From positions 31,141 through 95,140 of the forward strand of contig JANRLD010000081.1 of NCBI GenBank assembly GCA_033762915.1: a stretch of 64,000 bases of DNA. The letters are read 5' to 3'. A program made the translations under genes and the position numbers. How positions within the stretch are numbered: position 1 is the first letter of the stretch; every line of letters starts with the position of its first letter. Origin of the DNA: Meiothermus sp. (lineage in GTDB: Bacteria; Deinococcota; Deinococci; Deinococcales; Thermaceae). Shown here one piece after another: positions 39,597 through 52,131 of the stretch. The notes below the pieces were generated by a model that was not told the DNA's origin, searched no databases, and saw nothing but the letters and a program-made list of their open reading frames with translations.

Positions 39597-40027
39597 ATGA
39601 AAACCATCGGCAGGCTCATCATGTTTTCGGTATTGTCCGTTCTAGCGGCGTGCGGCGGGGGTGGCGGAGGCGGGAGTGCCAGCATCGCCGGAACCTACTC
39701 CGGTGAGTTCGTGATCGCCAACTCGAGCCCCTTCGTCAGCGAGAGCGTGACCTTCACCATAGACGCGGGCGGGAGACTGACCGGCACCACCACCGGGGGG
39801 CCTCCAGCGGGACCCCCGGCGGCAGGGGCACACTCAGCGGAACCATCACCGGCCCCGAGCTCAACCTCTCGGTGGACGTGACCTTCACCTCGCCCACCCT
39901 CGGCACCTACACCGCCCGGGGCTCGGGCGGGGGTTTTGTGGCGGCGGGCAAGAATATCGGCTTCCAGGTCAATGCCAGCAAAAACGGCACCTTCGTGGGT
40001 TCGATGGTGCTAAGTGCCAAGCAGTAG
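39597..40027 (+). pseudogene. Small beta-rich lipoprotein with a 1-nt frameshift in a G6 run
   Basis: MKTIGRL...LAACGGGG lipobox. After the G6 run (39795-39800) another frame continues ASSGTPGGRGTLSGTITG...VLSAKQ* to the TAG at 40027. Confidence 0.7.
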
Positions 40028-40082
40028 CCCACCCCGAAGCGACGCGCCCGCAGTTCAAGCGGGCGCGGCGGCCGGTTTTACC

Positions 40083-40775
40083 TCAAGGGTTGCTGGGCGT
40101 GGGGGTGCTGGGCGCCGGCCCCGATACAGGTTGAACCACTTCCCCTACCAGGGCCTTGTCCAAGATCTCCTTCCAGGCCTCATAGGAGCGCGCGCCGGTG
40201 TACTGGGTGCCGTTGACGTAGAAGGTGGGGGTGCCGGTCACGCCCACGCGGGTCGCCAGGGCGCGGTCTTCCTCAACGCCCGCCAACTTGGCGCCGGACT
40301 CGAGGCACTGGGTGAGGGTCGCGGGGGCCATCCCGATCTGGCCCGCGAGGTCGGCCAAGTACCCGTCCAGCAGATCACCCGAGAGCCCGCCCCACTGCTG
40401 CACGCTGCGGAACAGCACCTCGTGGTACTGGCTGAACAGGTTGGCGTCGGCGGCGCAGGCGGCGGCCTGGGCGGCGCGCTCGTTGGACTGACCCGCGAAG
40501 GTGACCTCGCGGAAGATGTACTGGATTTTGCCGGTGTCAATGTAGTCACGCTTGAGCAGCGGATAGACGTTGGCGGCGTGATCCTGGCAGTGGCTACACA
40601 GGTAGTTGGAGAAGTCCACCATCTTCACCTTGGCGTCGGCGGGCCCCAGAAAATGGCGCGGATTGGCCGCCGCGTCGCTGCTGGGCGCGGTCGGCTGCGG
40701 CCGAAGGAACAGAAACAACCCGATACCTATGACGATAGCCAACACTGCCACGGCGACAAAGAGCATTCTCTGCAT
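40083..40775 (-). CDS. DsbA/BdbD-like thiol-disulfide oxidoreductase
   Basis: TM anchor, CSHC active site and GVTGTPTFYVNG. Confidence 0.9.
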   Translation of the reverse strand: MQRMLFVAVAVLAIVIGIGLFLFLRPQPTAPSSDAAANPRHFLGPADAKVKMVDFSNYLCSHCQDHAANVYPLLKRDYIDTGKIQYIFREVTFAGQSNERAAQAAACAADANLFSQYHEVLFRSVQQWGGLSGDLLDGYLADLAGQIGMAPATLTQCLESGAKLAGVEEDRALATRVGVTGTPTFYVNGTQYTGARSYEAWKEILDKALVGEVVQPVSGPAPSTPTPSNP

Positions 40776-40900
40776 GACATCCAGTGTACGGCGTTTCGGT
40801 TAAGGGCGGGTAGGGACACCCAGGGCCTCGCAGGATCGGGGCCGGGCTTACATCCTCCCCCCTTGCCCTTTGCCCGCTTGAGCGGGGTATTGTATGGCCC

Positions 40901-41722
40901 ATGGGCGCTATCTACGAGGCAATTCAGCAGACGGTGGGGCACGTGCGGACCAAAACCGATTTCGTGCCCGAGGTGGGGATCGTGCTGGGGTCGGGTTTGG
41001 GGCCGTTGGCCGACGAGATCGAGGTGGTGGCCAGCTTCCCCTACGGCGAGCTACCCAACTTCCCCCGCTCGACCGCGCCGGGGCACGAAGGGCGGCTGAT
41101 TCTGGGGCGGCTCGAGGGCCGGAACATCGTCGGCTACAAGGGCCGCGTCCACTGCTACGAGGGGTACAGCGCGGCCGAGGCGGCCTTCCCGGTGCGGGTG
41201 GGGTTCTTCCTGGGCGCCAAGACCTTCTTCATTACCTCGGCGGCGGGGGGCCTGAACCCGGGCTGGAACGCCGGGGAGCTGATGCTCCACACCGACTACC
41301 TCAACTACGCCCCCCTGTCGCCCCTCACCGGCCCCAACGACGACGCCTTGGGGCCGCGCTTCCCCGTCACCTTCGACGCCTACGACCCCGCCCTTAGCCA
41401 GACCGCCAAGCAAGTCGCCAGGGGGCAAGACTTGAACCTGCGCGAGGGCGTGTACTCCTGGTGGCCCGGCCCGCAGTTCGCCAGCCGCGCCGAGCTTCGG
41501 ATGCTACGCCAGCTGGGGGCCGACGCCATCGGGATGTCCACCGTCCCCGAGGTGATCGCGCTGCGCCACCTGGGCGCGCGGGTGCTGGGCCTCTCTACCA
41601 TCACCGACATGGCCATCCCCGACCGCGACCACCACGCCACCGAGCAGGAAGTCCTCGAGACCGCCGCCCGCAGCGGGGCCACCTTCCGACGGTTTGTGCG
41701 GGGGGTTCTGGCGGCGATGTAG
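40901..41722 (+). CDS. Purine-nucleoside phosphorylase (trimeric type)
   Basis: VLGSGLG, GHEG, GRVHCYEG, GADAIGMSTVPE. Confidence 0.93.
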   Translation: MGAIYEAIQQTVGHVRTKTDFVPEVGIVLGSGLGPLADEIEVVASFPYGELPNFPRSTAPGHEGRLILGRLEGRNIVGYKGRVHCYEGYSAAEAAFPVRVGFFLGAKTFFITSAAGGLNPGWNAGELMLHTDYLNYAPLSPLTGPNDDALGPRFPVTFDAYDPALSQTAKQVARGQDLNLREGVYSWWPGPQFASRAELRMLRQLGADAIGMSTVPEVIALRHLGARVLGLSTITDMAIPDRDHHATEQEVLETAARSGATFRRFVRGVLAAM

Positions 41723-41877
41723 CGGGGGGAAGCGGGTTGCCCAAGCAACGCCGCGACTCGCCCACCGCGCCGCGAAGGACTCCCGGTCGGCACCCCCGTC
41801 GGAACGACAAAATGAGCCCGGACGGGCCTCGAGGCCCCCTCTTTGGGCTCGTCCCTCACCGCTGAAACCTTGAAGCT

Positions 41878-42513
41878 ATGGGCATCGAACGAGTTCTGGA
41901 GAAAATCGAAAGCGCCTGCCAGCGCTCTGGGCGCTCGCCGGGCAGCGTCCGGCTGGTGGCCGTCACCAAAGAGCACACGGTCGAGGAAATCCGGGAAAAA
42001 GTGCTCAAACACGGCGCCTTTCCACTCGGGGAGTCTAGAATTCAAGAGGCCTTTCCCAAAATGGACGCGCTTCAGGCCGAGTGGCACTTCATCGGGCCGC
42101 TGCAGCGCAACAAGGCCAAGTTCGCGGTGCGCTTCGACGTGATTCACTCTATTGACTCGGTTCGCCTCGCGGAGACGGTGGCCCGCAAGGCGGTCGAAAA
42201 CGACGAGGTTCAGCCGGTGTTGATCGAGCTAAACCTGGGCCGCGAGCCCCAGAAACACGGACTCTTGGAGGAGGAACTGCCCGAGGCGCTGGCCGCGATG
42301 CGCTCGATGCAGGGCCTGGACATCCGGGGGTTCATGACCATCGCCCCCTACACCGACCAGCCCCAGACCGTCCGCCCCCTGTTCGCCCAGCTCTCGAGGC
42401 TGGCCGACCGCCACGGCCTGCTCGAGCGCAGCATGGGCATGTCCGGCGACTTCGAGGTCGCGGTCGAAGAGGGCGCGACCCTGGTGCGGGTGGGAAGGGC
42501 GCTTTTTGAGTGA
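41878..42513 (+). CDS. yggS: PLP homeostasis protein YggS
   Basis: LVAVTK, WHFIGPLQRNK and SMGMSGDFEVAVEEGATLVRVG. Confidence 0.95.
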   Translation: MGIERVLEKIESACQRSGRSPGSVRLVAVTKEHTVEEIREKVLKHGAFPLGESRIQEAFPKMDALQAEWHFIGPLQRNKAKFAVRFDVIHSIDSVRLAETVARKAVENDEVQPVLIELNLGREPQKHGLLEEELPEALAAMRSMQGLDIRGFMTIAPYTDQPQTVRPLFAQLSRLADRHGLLERSMGMSGDFEVAVEEGATLVRVGRALFE

Positions 42514-42605
42514 ACAGAGGGCGAAGGGTAGAAAAACCCCGAACACCCAGATTCGCCCCCTCCGCTCTGCGCTCCTTCCACCCCTCTCCCCTCTATAATT
42601 CCCCC

Positions 42606-43232
42606 GTGACGGTCTACTCTGTTTCCCGCGCCATCGCCTACGGGCTGATGCGCTTCTTGTTTTTTCTGAAGGTGGAGGGCCTCGAGAACATCCCCAGGGA
42701 GGGGCCGGTCATCATCGTCTCCAACCACATGAGCTTCGTAGACCCGGTGCTGGTGGGGGCCACCGTGCCCCGGACGCTGGCCTACATCGCCAGGGCAGAC
42801 ATGTTCAAGTACCCGGTGCTGGGCTGGTGGATGCGGGCGGTCAACACCATTCCCTTAGAGCGCGGTGCGGGCGACCTGGGGGCCATCAAGGCCGCCATCC
42901 GGGCCATCAAGGACGGCAAGGTCTTCGGCATCTTCCCCGAGGGGCGACGCAGCCGCACCGGCCAGATCGAGCCCTTCAAGACCGGGGCCGCAGCCATCGC
43001 CCTGCGCACCGACGCGGTGCTGGTGCCGATGGCCATCATCGGCTCGGACAAGGCCTGGCCGGTGGGCGGCTTTCCGCGCCCCTTCCGGCCCATTAAGGTG
43101 GTTTTCGGCGAGCCCATCATGCTCCCCACCGACCCGGCGGAGCGCAAGGACCTGGGGGCCCTTACGAGCCGGCTCGAGGCAGCCGTAACCGCGCTTTTGC
43201 CGGCCGAATATCACAGAAAGCCCATCGTTTAG
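42606..43232 (+). CDS. plsC: 1-acyl-sn-glycerol-3-phosphate acyltransferase
   Basis: NHMSFVD and FPEGRRS; TATAAT lies 6 nt before the GTG. Confidence 0.9.
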   Translation: MTVYSVSRAIAYGLMRFLFFLKVEGLENIPREGPVIIVSNHMSFVDPVLVGATVPRTLAYIARADMFKYPVLGWWMRAVNTIPLERGAGDLGAIKAAIRAIKDGKVFGIFPEGRRSRTGQIEPFKTGAAAIALRTDAVLVPMAIIGSDKAWPVGGFPRPFRPIKVVFGEPIMLPTDPAERKDLGALTSRLEAAVTALLPAEYHRKPIV

Positions 43233-43339
43233 GCATTCTGCTCTTTACAAAACGCCCTTTAACGCCCACCCAGCGCTTGCAATTTGCTCCTGAGGTGTGC
43301 TAAACTCCGTGCCGAAGGGAAAATAAAGGAGGTAACACG

Positions 43340-43645
43340 ATGGCTGGTAAGGCTGGATCGAAAAAAACCAAAACCAAAGCCGACCTGATTGACCAAGTGG
43401 CCGCCGCCGCTGGTTTGAAGAAAAAAGACGCCAAGGCCGCTGTTGACGCCTTCCTGGGCAAGGTCGAAGACGCCCTCAAGGCTGGCAGCAAGGTGCAGCT
43501 CACCGGCTTCGGCACCTTCGAGGTGCGTAGCCGCAAGGCCCGCACCGGCGTGAAGCCCGGCACCACCAGCAAGATCAAGATCCCCGCTTCGAAGTACCCC
43601 GCGTTCAAGCCCGGTAAGGCCCTGAAGGAAACCGTCAAGAAGTAG
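43340..43645 (+). CDS. hup: DNA-binding protein HU
   Basis: TKADLIDQVA, VQLTGFGTFEV and PAFKPGKALK; strong AAGGAGG RBS. Confidence 0.97.
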   Translation: MAGKAGSKKTKTKADLIDQVAAAAGLKKKDAKAAVDAFLGKVEDALKAGSKVQLTGFGTFEVRSRKARTGVKPGTTSKIKIPASKYPAFKPGKALKETVKK

Positions 43646-43685
43646 GCTTACAGGGCAGAAGCCCCGTAGGATTACTTCCCTTCCG

Positions 43686-43711
43686 AAGAGGAGGCCTCGC
43701 GCCTCCTCTTT
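43686..43711 (+). terminator. hup terminator
   Basis: AAGAGGAGGC / GCCTCCTCTT stem followed by T-rich sequence. Confidence 0.75.
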
Positions 43712-43798
43712 CGTCTTATGTAATGCACGTACTACATTTCGCCATCGTTACGGCTGCCATCACTCCTGCTCGCGTTTCCCACCAATACCGCCCTCGCG

Positions 43799-43873
43799 GC
43801 AGCAGGTAATGTACTCCCTACAGCAAAAACCGCCCGCTTTAGCGCTGTAGGGAGTATGTGTGGGAACCGCTCT
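43799..43873. repeat. Palindromic intergenic repeat, family A copy 2 (inverted)
   Basis: Near-identical reverse complement of the core of 30425-30501. Confidence 0.9.
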
Positions 43874-43992
43874 GCCCGCCAGATTTCGGCTGCGTTACCA
43901 TCAAGCGAACCAAAGAACCTCGCAAGACCAAGTCTCGAGCCTTCTGTCAGTTCGATGATTGAAGGCACGTGTTGGCTGTGTTCGAGGCTATT

Positions 43993-45030
<1,038 letters not shown>

Positions 45031-45177
45031 TCAGCACTCCAAAATCAAGGAGAGAGTATACAAGGAGAGAGTATATAGGAAAACACCGAGCGTCGAGCGC
45101 CGCGGGCTGAGGGCTAGATGGCTTCTCGAGTTTGGGTCTGGGCGTTTTGGGCAAAGGTGGCCGCCAGATCAGCCAAC

Positions 45178-45235
45178 TTAGAGCGGTTCCCACACATACT
45201 CCCTACGGCGCTAAAGCGGGCGGTTTTTGCTGTAG
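45178..45235. repeat. Palindromic intergenic repeat, family A copy 3 (truncated)
   Basis: TTAGAGCGGTTCCCACACATACTCCCTACGGCGCTAAAGCGGGCGGTTTTTGCTGTAG. Confidence 0.9.
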
Positions 45236-45291
45236 AGCAGTTGCTACGAACACTCGGTACGGCGGTTTTTGCCGTACTGAGTGCAATACTC

Positions 45292-45339
45292 CGCTTTAGC
45301 GCACGCTTTAGCGCACGCTTTAGCGCACGCTTTAGCGCA
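45292..45339. repeat. 12-bp tandem repeat (CGCTTTAGCGCA)x4
   Basis: Four exact copies. Confidence 0.95.
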
Positions 45340-45499
45340 GTACTGTGGGCGGAGTATGGGTCGGAAACGCGATCAGAATGACAACGCTTTTGCTGTTTGG
45401 ATCGCCGCTCTCGAGGCCACCCCCCGCCCCAAACTCAACCAAACGCGAAACCCTCTACCCTCACCCTCGTCGGCCCGCCCGACCCTCTATGATGTCTGG

Positions 45500-45766
45500 G
45501 TGCAGAGAGTCACCGTACTGGTCAGCGGCAAGGTGCAGGGCGTGGGGTTTAGGTTCTACACCCGCAAGCGGGCCATGGAGATCGGCCTGGCGGGCTACGC
45601 CGAGAACCTCTCCGACGGGCGGGTGGAGGTGGTGGCCGAGGGCGAGGCGGAAGACCTCGAGCACCTGATCCTGCACCTCAGGAATGGGCCGAGGGGCTCG
45701 AGGGTGGAGGCGGTGGACGTACAGTGGAGCTTGGCCACGGGGTTGAAAGGTTTCCAGACCTTCTAG
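45500..45766 (+). CDS. acyP: Acylphosphatase
   Basis: [11 protein letters not shown] and [23 protein letters not shown] 6 nt before the GTG. Confidence 0.93.
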   Translation: MQRVTVLVSGKVQGVGFRFYTRKRAMEIGLAGYAENLSDGRVEVVAEGEAEDLEHLILHLRNGPRGSRVEAVDVQWSLATGLKGFQTF

Positions 45767-46266
45767 CCCGAGGGCAAGGTGTGCGGCTCAGGCCCGATGG
45801 TTCGAACCACCCCGTCCCAGCTTCCCCCCACCACCTCGCCCAACACATCCACGATAGCCTTGGGCAAAAAAAGTTCGCTCGAGGCCCTGATCTCTTCGTA
45901 GCCCCACCAGCGGTAGCCCCGTACCGTGTCGCGCTCGAGCTGGGTGTGGCCGGCGGAGCTAAACTCGGCCTGATCCACGCGCAGCACGTAAAACCTCGAG
46001 TCGTTGTCGTACCACCGACCGCCCCACTGGGTCAGCCCCTCAAAAGTGGCCACATGGAGGCCCGAAGCCAGCGTCTGGAGGCCCAGTTCCTCCCGCATCT
46101 CGCGCCGTAGGGCCGCCTCGAAGCTCTCGCCCTCCTCCAGACCGCCCCCCGGAACACTCCAGAAGGGGGTTATACCGCCCCGCCCGATGTCGCCAGCCAC
46201 CGAAAGCCAAAGCATCTGGTCGTAGGGGTTGAGCAGCATGGCCCGACTCGATCGGCGCTTGTTCAC
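45763..46266 (-). CDS. NUDIX hydrolase
   Basis: Nudix box [23 protein letters not shown]. Confidence 0.9.
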   Translation of the reverse strand: MNKRRSSRAMLLNPYDQMLWLSVAGDIGRGGITPFWSVPGGGLEEGESFEAALRREMREELGLQTLASGLHVATFEGLTQWGGRWYDNDSRFYVLRVDQAEFSSAGHTQLERDTVRGYRWWGYEEIRASSELFLPKAIVDVLGEVVGGSWDGVVRTIGPEPHTLPSG

Positions 46267-46591
46267 AGAACTCCACCCAGAATCACCGGTTACCCTTGCC
46301 TCCTGCCTCCCGCTTCTCCGCGCTATCTGAACGTTTCCTCTCGTAAACGCCCGGCAATCCTAACGTTTGATTAACCGCCCTCTGCATTACTGGTAACAAC
46401 GTCCCTACGCGGCTTTTAGGCTCCCCAGCTATACTCGAGACGGCAAGGAAACCCCGCGATCACATCGGCGCATCGTAACGTGTGGCGCAAACGGCAGGAA
46501 AAAGGGCGGCATAGTATATCATTAGGTCAGCGATGGACGGCTCGAGGTTTTTCCCAACGCCAAGCGGCACCGGTCGCAAGGGGGTTTGCGC

Positions 46592-48802
<2,211 letters not shown>

Positions 48803-48820
48803 ACAATCGACTGCTGCAAT

Positions 48821-48851
48821 AGATGCTCGGGCTGTGGAAGCCCGAGCATCT
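48821..48851 (+). terminator. Terminator after clpC
   Basis: Perfect 13-bp stem AGATGCTCGGGCT / AGCCCGAGCATCT. Confidence 0.75.
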
Positions 48852-49090
48852 TGCTTTGCTCGAGCCTTCGTGGAAAAGCGTCTACAATCCTCTCCAAACT
48901 GCAACACACCGAGCCGGATCGGCGGCTCGAGAACCCCTCACCCAGCCCCCTTGCAGAGAAGTCAAGGCTGGGTTGGGGACAGGCTCGAGGTAAGCGCCAT
49001 TCGGGAAGAAAGATTGTGATAAAGAGGCGCGAGTCGGTTGGCTCGAGAGTTTTTTACGATATTCAGGGGCGGCTCGAGGTTCGTCGGTGC

Positions 49091-49119
49091 TTGCCAACTC
49101 TCCCAAGCTCTGCTATATT
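49091..49119 (+). promoter_or_regulatory. tRNA promoter
   Basis: TTGCCA-N17-TATATT with a TG extension. Confidence 0.7.
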
Positions 49120-49142
49120 TTTACGTGCTGTCGGTGGCCTGT

Positions 49143-49218
49143 TCCGCGATAGCTCAGTTGGTAGAGCGTTCGACTGTTAATCGAATGGTCGCAGGTTCGA
49201 GCCCTGCTCGCGGAGCCA
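49143..49218 (+). tRNA. tRNA-Asn (GTT)
   Basis: 76-nt cloverleaf: TCCGCGA/TCGCGGA acceptor stem, anticodon GTT at 49176-78, GGTTCGA T-loop and an encoded CCA. Confidence 0.97.
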
Positions 49219-49238
49219 GAAAGCAAGTGCAGGACAAG

Positions 49239-49269
49239 GAAAAGCGGGGGCTAAAAACCCCCGCTTTTC
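49239..49269. terminator. Bidirectional terminator between the tRNA and int
   Basis: GAAAAGCGGGGG / CCCCCGCTTTTC. Confidence 0.8.
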
Positions 49270-49299
49270 GCGTTTTACTGCCACTGTACCGACAACGAC

Positions 49300-50517
49300 C
49301 TAGTTTGGCCGGTTTTGGGGGTCGTTTTTGCCCCGCCGGGGGGTGAGCAGGTTGGCCAGGCGGGTGGTCGCCTCGAGGTGCTGCTCTACGTCGGGGTGCT
49401 GGTACACGTTGGCGGTGATCTGAATGTTGGCGTGACCTGCCCGCTGGCTGGCGGTCTTCAAGTCCCCGCCCAGGGCCAGGTCTAGGGTGATGTTCGTGTG
49501 GCGTAGGTCGTGCAGGCGGATGGTGGGCACGTCTGCGGCCTCGAGCAGCGATCGCCACGATCTGGTCGAGAAGTTATTAGGGTGCCAGGGCGTGTGCTCC
49601 GGACTGAGGAAAACATGGTCGGTGACTTCGGGGGTGTACCCCTTCTGGATGAACGCCTCCCGCTCGGCCTCCATGCTCTTGCGGTGCCCCTCGAGCACCT
49701 CCCAGGCCACGTAGGGCAGGATCACGGGCCGCTTACTGCGGTGGGTCTTGGGAGCCAGCTCGAGCACCCGGTTGCCCGTAGAGACGCGGTTGTTCTCGAT
49801 CCTGATGACCACATACTGGCCCAGCTTGGGGTGTTCCTCGAGGGTGATGCTCTTCCAGCGCAGGCCCAGCAGCTCGCCCCGCCGGAAAGAACCGGTCAGG
49901 GCCAGCCAGTAGAAGGCCCACATACGGTCTCGCTGGATGGCGTACAGAAAGCGCTGGGCCTCCTGAGCCGTCCACGCCACGGCCTCGAACTGCTCGGCCT
50001 GCTGGGGCAGGGCGTCCACCAAGTCAGCGACGTTTTGGGCCAGTTTCTTCTTGCGGTGCAAGCGCCCGAGTGCGCCGTCGAGGCAGGTGTGGGCTAGGCG
50101 GATGTAGTTGCGCGACAGCCCTTTCTGGTGCATGGCCCGGTACAGGCTGTCCAAGTGATCAGCCTCGAGCCGCTGCACCACCATCCCGCCCAGCCGGGGG
50201 GTGATGTGGCGGGCGACGATGCCCCGATAGCCGTCGAGGGTGGTCGGCTTGACCGTGGTGGCCTTGTACTCGAGCCACTCGGCCATCATCTCCCCCACCG
50301 TCATCTTGTCGGGCAGAGCGACGCCACCTAGGCCGTGAAGGGTGAGCAGGGCGTTTTTTTTCTTGACGATCTCGGCCTCGGTCTTGCCGTAGACGCTCTT
50401 GCGGATGCGCTTCCCGTTCTGGTAGCCCAGGCTGACCTGGGCCTCGAACAGCCCATCCTTGCGGCGGCGGATCGAGCCGTCCCCCTTGCTGGTGCGTGAG
50501 CCCTTCTTGTTAGGCAT
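49300..50517 (-). CDS. int: Tyrosine recombinase/integrase
   Basis: N-terminal arm-binding domain (GDGSIRRRKDG...RKSVYGKT), RRGELLGL, HDLRHT and AGHANIQITANVY. Confidence 0.96.
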   Translation of the reverse strand: MPNKKGSRTSKGDGSIRRRKDGLFEAQVSLGYQNGKRIRKSVYGKTEAEIVKKKNALLTLHGLGGVALPDKMTVGEMMAEWLEYKATTVKPTTLDGYRGIVARHITPRLGGMVVQRLEADHLDSLYRAMHQKGLSRNYIRLAHTCLDGALGRLHRKKKLAQNVADLVDALPQQAEQFEAVAWTAQEAQRFLYAIQRDRMWAFYWLALTGSFRRGELLGLRWKSITLEEHPKLGQYVVIRIENNRVSTGNRVLELAPKTHRSKRPVILPYVAWEVLEGHRKSMEAEREAFIQKGYTPEVTDHVFLSPEHTPWHPNNFSTRSWRSLLEAADVPTIRLHDLRHTNITLDLALGGDLKTASQRAGHANIQITANVYQHPDVEQHLEATTRLANLLTPRRGKNDPQNRPN

Positions 50518-50740
50518 TACGGACCACCTCGAGCACGTCGGCCAGCTCCACCCGCCTGTGGGTGAGCCGCTCGAGGGTCGTGATGACCGTGCTGAGGGTG
50601 TTGAGGTCTACCCGGTCGCCCTTGTTCTGGGCCAGGGTGTAGACCGTCTGCTGGGCTAGGCCTGAGTCCTTCCACAAGCGGTAGGCCGTGATGTTGTTGG
50701 CTTCCAGCATCTCCCGAATCTTCCACTTCACTCTGATCAC
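50510..50740 (-). CDS. Cro/CI-type (HTH_26) transcriptional regulator
   Basis: IREMLEANNITAYRLWKDSGLAQQTVYTL..VDLNTL; overlaps the int start. Confidence 0.85.
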   Translation of the reverse strand: MIRVKWKIREMLEANNITAYRLWKDSGLAQQTVYTLAQNKGDRVDLNTLSTVITTLERLTHRRVELADVLEVVRNA

Positions 50741-50900
50741 CTCCGAACGATACCTGCCTGTTACTGACTAAGTATATACCCAACTATATAAATATGTCTA
50801 GATATTGCAATATATAGAACTATCTGATAATATAAGGGCAGTCAGGAACTGAGCCCCGGAAGAGCAAAAAGTCCCTGACTACCTTTAGGAGGTAAGAACA

Positions 50901-51164
50901 ATGTACAGCACCCAGACCAAAGTCACCACCGCCCAGGCCCTGAACCACCTCGCCGAGATGACCAGCAAGGAAGCCGCCGAGCTTCCCGAAGGGCTCACCT
51001 TCGCCCAGTTGCGCAACCTGCTCGAGGCCCTCGAGGGCGCCGAGTTCATCGTGGCCAGGCTCAAGCGGGCGGCCGAGCTGCACATGAGCTACATCGAAGA
51101 GGCGGGGGAGGACTACTCCCCCCTGGTGCTCGAGCTGCCCAGCGACTTCGTACCCGCCGCCTGA
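50901..51164 (+). CDS. Hypothetical protein (island)
   Basis: AGGAGG RBS, upstream TTGCAA-N17-TAATAT promoter, host-like codon use. Confidence 0.8.
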   Translation: MYSTQTKVTTAQALNHLAEMTSKEAAELPEGLTFAQLRNLLEALEGAEFIVARLKRAAELHMSYIEEAGEDYSPLVLELPSDFVPAA

Positions 51165-51272
51165 GGGCACCAGGACCGAGACCGGCTCGCTTGCAGGGGC
51201 GAACCTCGACCATCAGATCACCCCAGGGGGCGGCTAGACCCCGCCCCCTTACCCTTCCGGAGAGTACCCGCC

Positions 51273-51536
51273 ATGACCCACCCCGCCCGCACAACCGCCC
51301 AACCCGTTGAGCCGATACAAGCCCTCATCGCCACCCTCGAGCAGCACGGCCCGCAGACCCTGAACGTGAACGGCCGGACCCTGACCCTCGAGGCCGAGGG
51401 TGACGAGCTGTACCTCCAGGGCCCGATCCCCGCCGGTCTGGATGCCTTCGGCTGGCTGGTGCTGGTTCTGCGCGGCCTCAGCCGCCCCGGCTCGGCCTTC
51501 GTGGCCCTCGAGGGCTCCCTGCTGGCCACCAGGTAG
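51273..51536 (+). CDS. Hypothetical protein (island)
   Basis: GGAG RBS, coding-like codon use, followed by a hairpin. Confidence 0.7.
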   Translation: MTHPARTTAQPVEPIQALIATLEQHGPQTLNVNGRTLTLEAEGDELYLQGPIPAGLDAFGWLVLVLRGLSRPGSAFVALEGSLLATR

Positions 51537-51553
51537 CGCCCGCCCAATCTCTG

Positions 51554-51577
51554 ACCCCCTGAGCGGCCTCAGGGGGT
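51554..51577. terminator. Terminator between convergent island transcripts
   Basis: ACCCCCTGAG / CTCAGGGGGT. Confidence 0.7.
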
Positions 51578-51609
51578 ATTTGCTTTCGCCGTCCGGCCCA
51601 GGCCAGGCG

Positions 51610-51846
51610 TCAGAAGTCCCTGAGCAGCGAAACATAATAGTCGGTCAGCTCGAGCAGATCCATCGCCTCGAGGCGGGCCTCTTCCTCGGGCTCGAGCGGG
51701 CCTTCCAGCAGCCGGTCATAGAGGGCCATCAGCTCTTCCCGGGGCATCTGGGCCAGGGGCGACTCCTTCAGGGCCTTCTGGTCTTCCCGCCGCCTCACGG
51801 CCTGTTCCAGGGCCTCGAGCCGCCGCTTCCGCTTGGCCTTGCTCAC
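51610..51846 (-). CDS. Small helical hypothetical protein
   Basis: GTGA overlap with the upstream gene; MSKAKRKRRLEALEQ. Confidence 0.75.
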   Translation of the reverse strand: MSKAKRKRRLEALEQAVRRREDQKALKESPLAQMPREELMALYDRLLEGPLEPEEEARLEAMDLLELTDYYVSLLRDF

Positions 51847-52106
51847 CGGCCGCCCCCGATCACCAGGCGCTCGAGCTCAGCCAGGCGGGCCTCGAGTTCC
51901 CCCGCCTCGGCCAGACGGGCGAAGGCCGCCGATCCCTGGAAGATGGCGTGGGCGGCCTTGAGGCGGGTGTCCGGGTTTGTGTTCTGCAAGTCCTCTTCGG
52001 CGGTCTCGAGGGCGTTCCAAACCTTCAGGATGACGGCTTTCATGTCCCCAGGCTTCTTGCGTCTCTTGCGTGCCTGTCGGGCCTGAACCGGATTCGGATT
52101 CGCCAC
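51843..52106 (-). CDS. Possible small-terminase-like protein
   Basis: Basic N-terminus ANPNP..RKRRKK, helical RLKAAHAI and C-terminal ELEARLAELE. ORF is solid; the function is an inference. Confidence 0.5.
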   Translation of the reverse strand: MANPNPVQARQARKRRKKPGDMKAVILKVWNALETAEEDLQNTNPDTRLKAAHAIFQGSAAFARLAEAGELEARLAELERLVIGGGR

Positions 52107-52131
52107 ACCCCCCCCTCTCTAAAGCCCTCGC

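Noticed and set aside
45292..45339. Possible CRISPR array
   Set aside because: 12-bp repeats without spacers, and no cas genes in the window.
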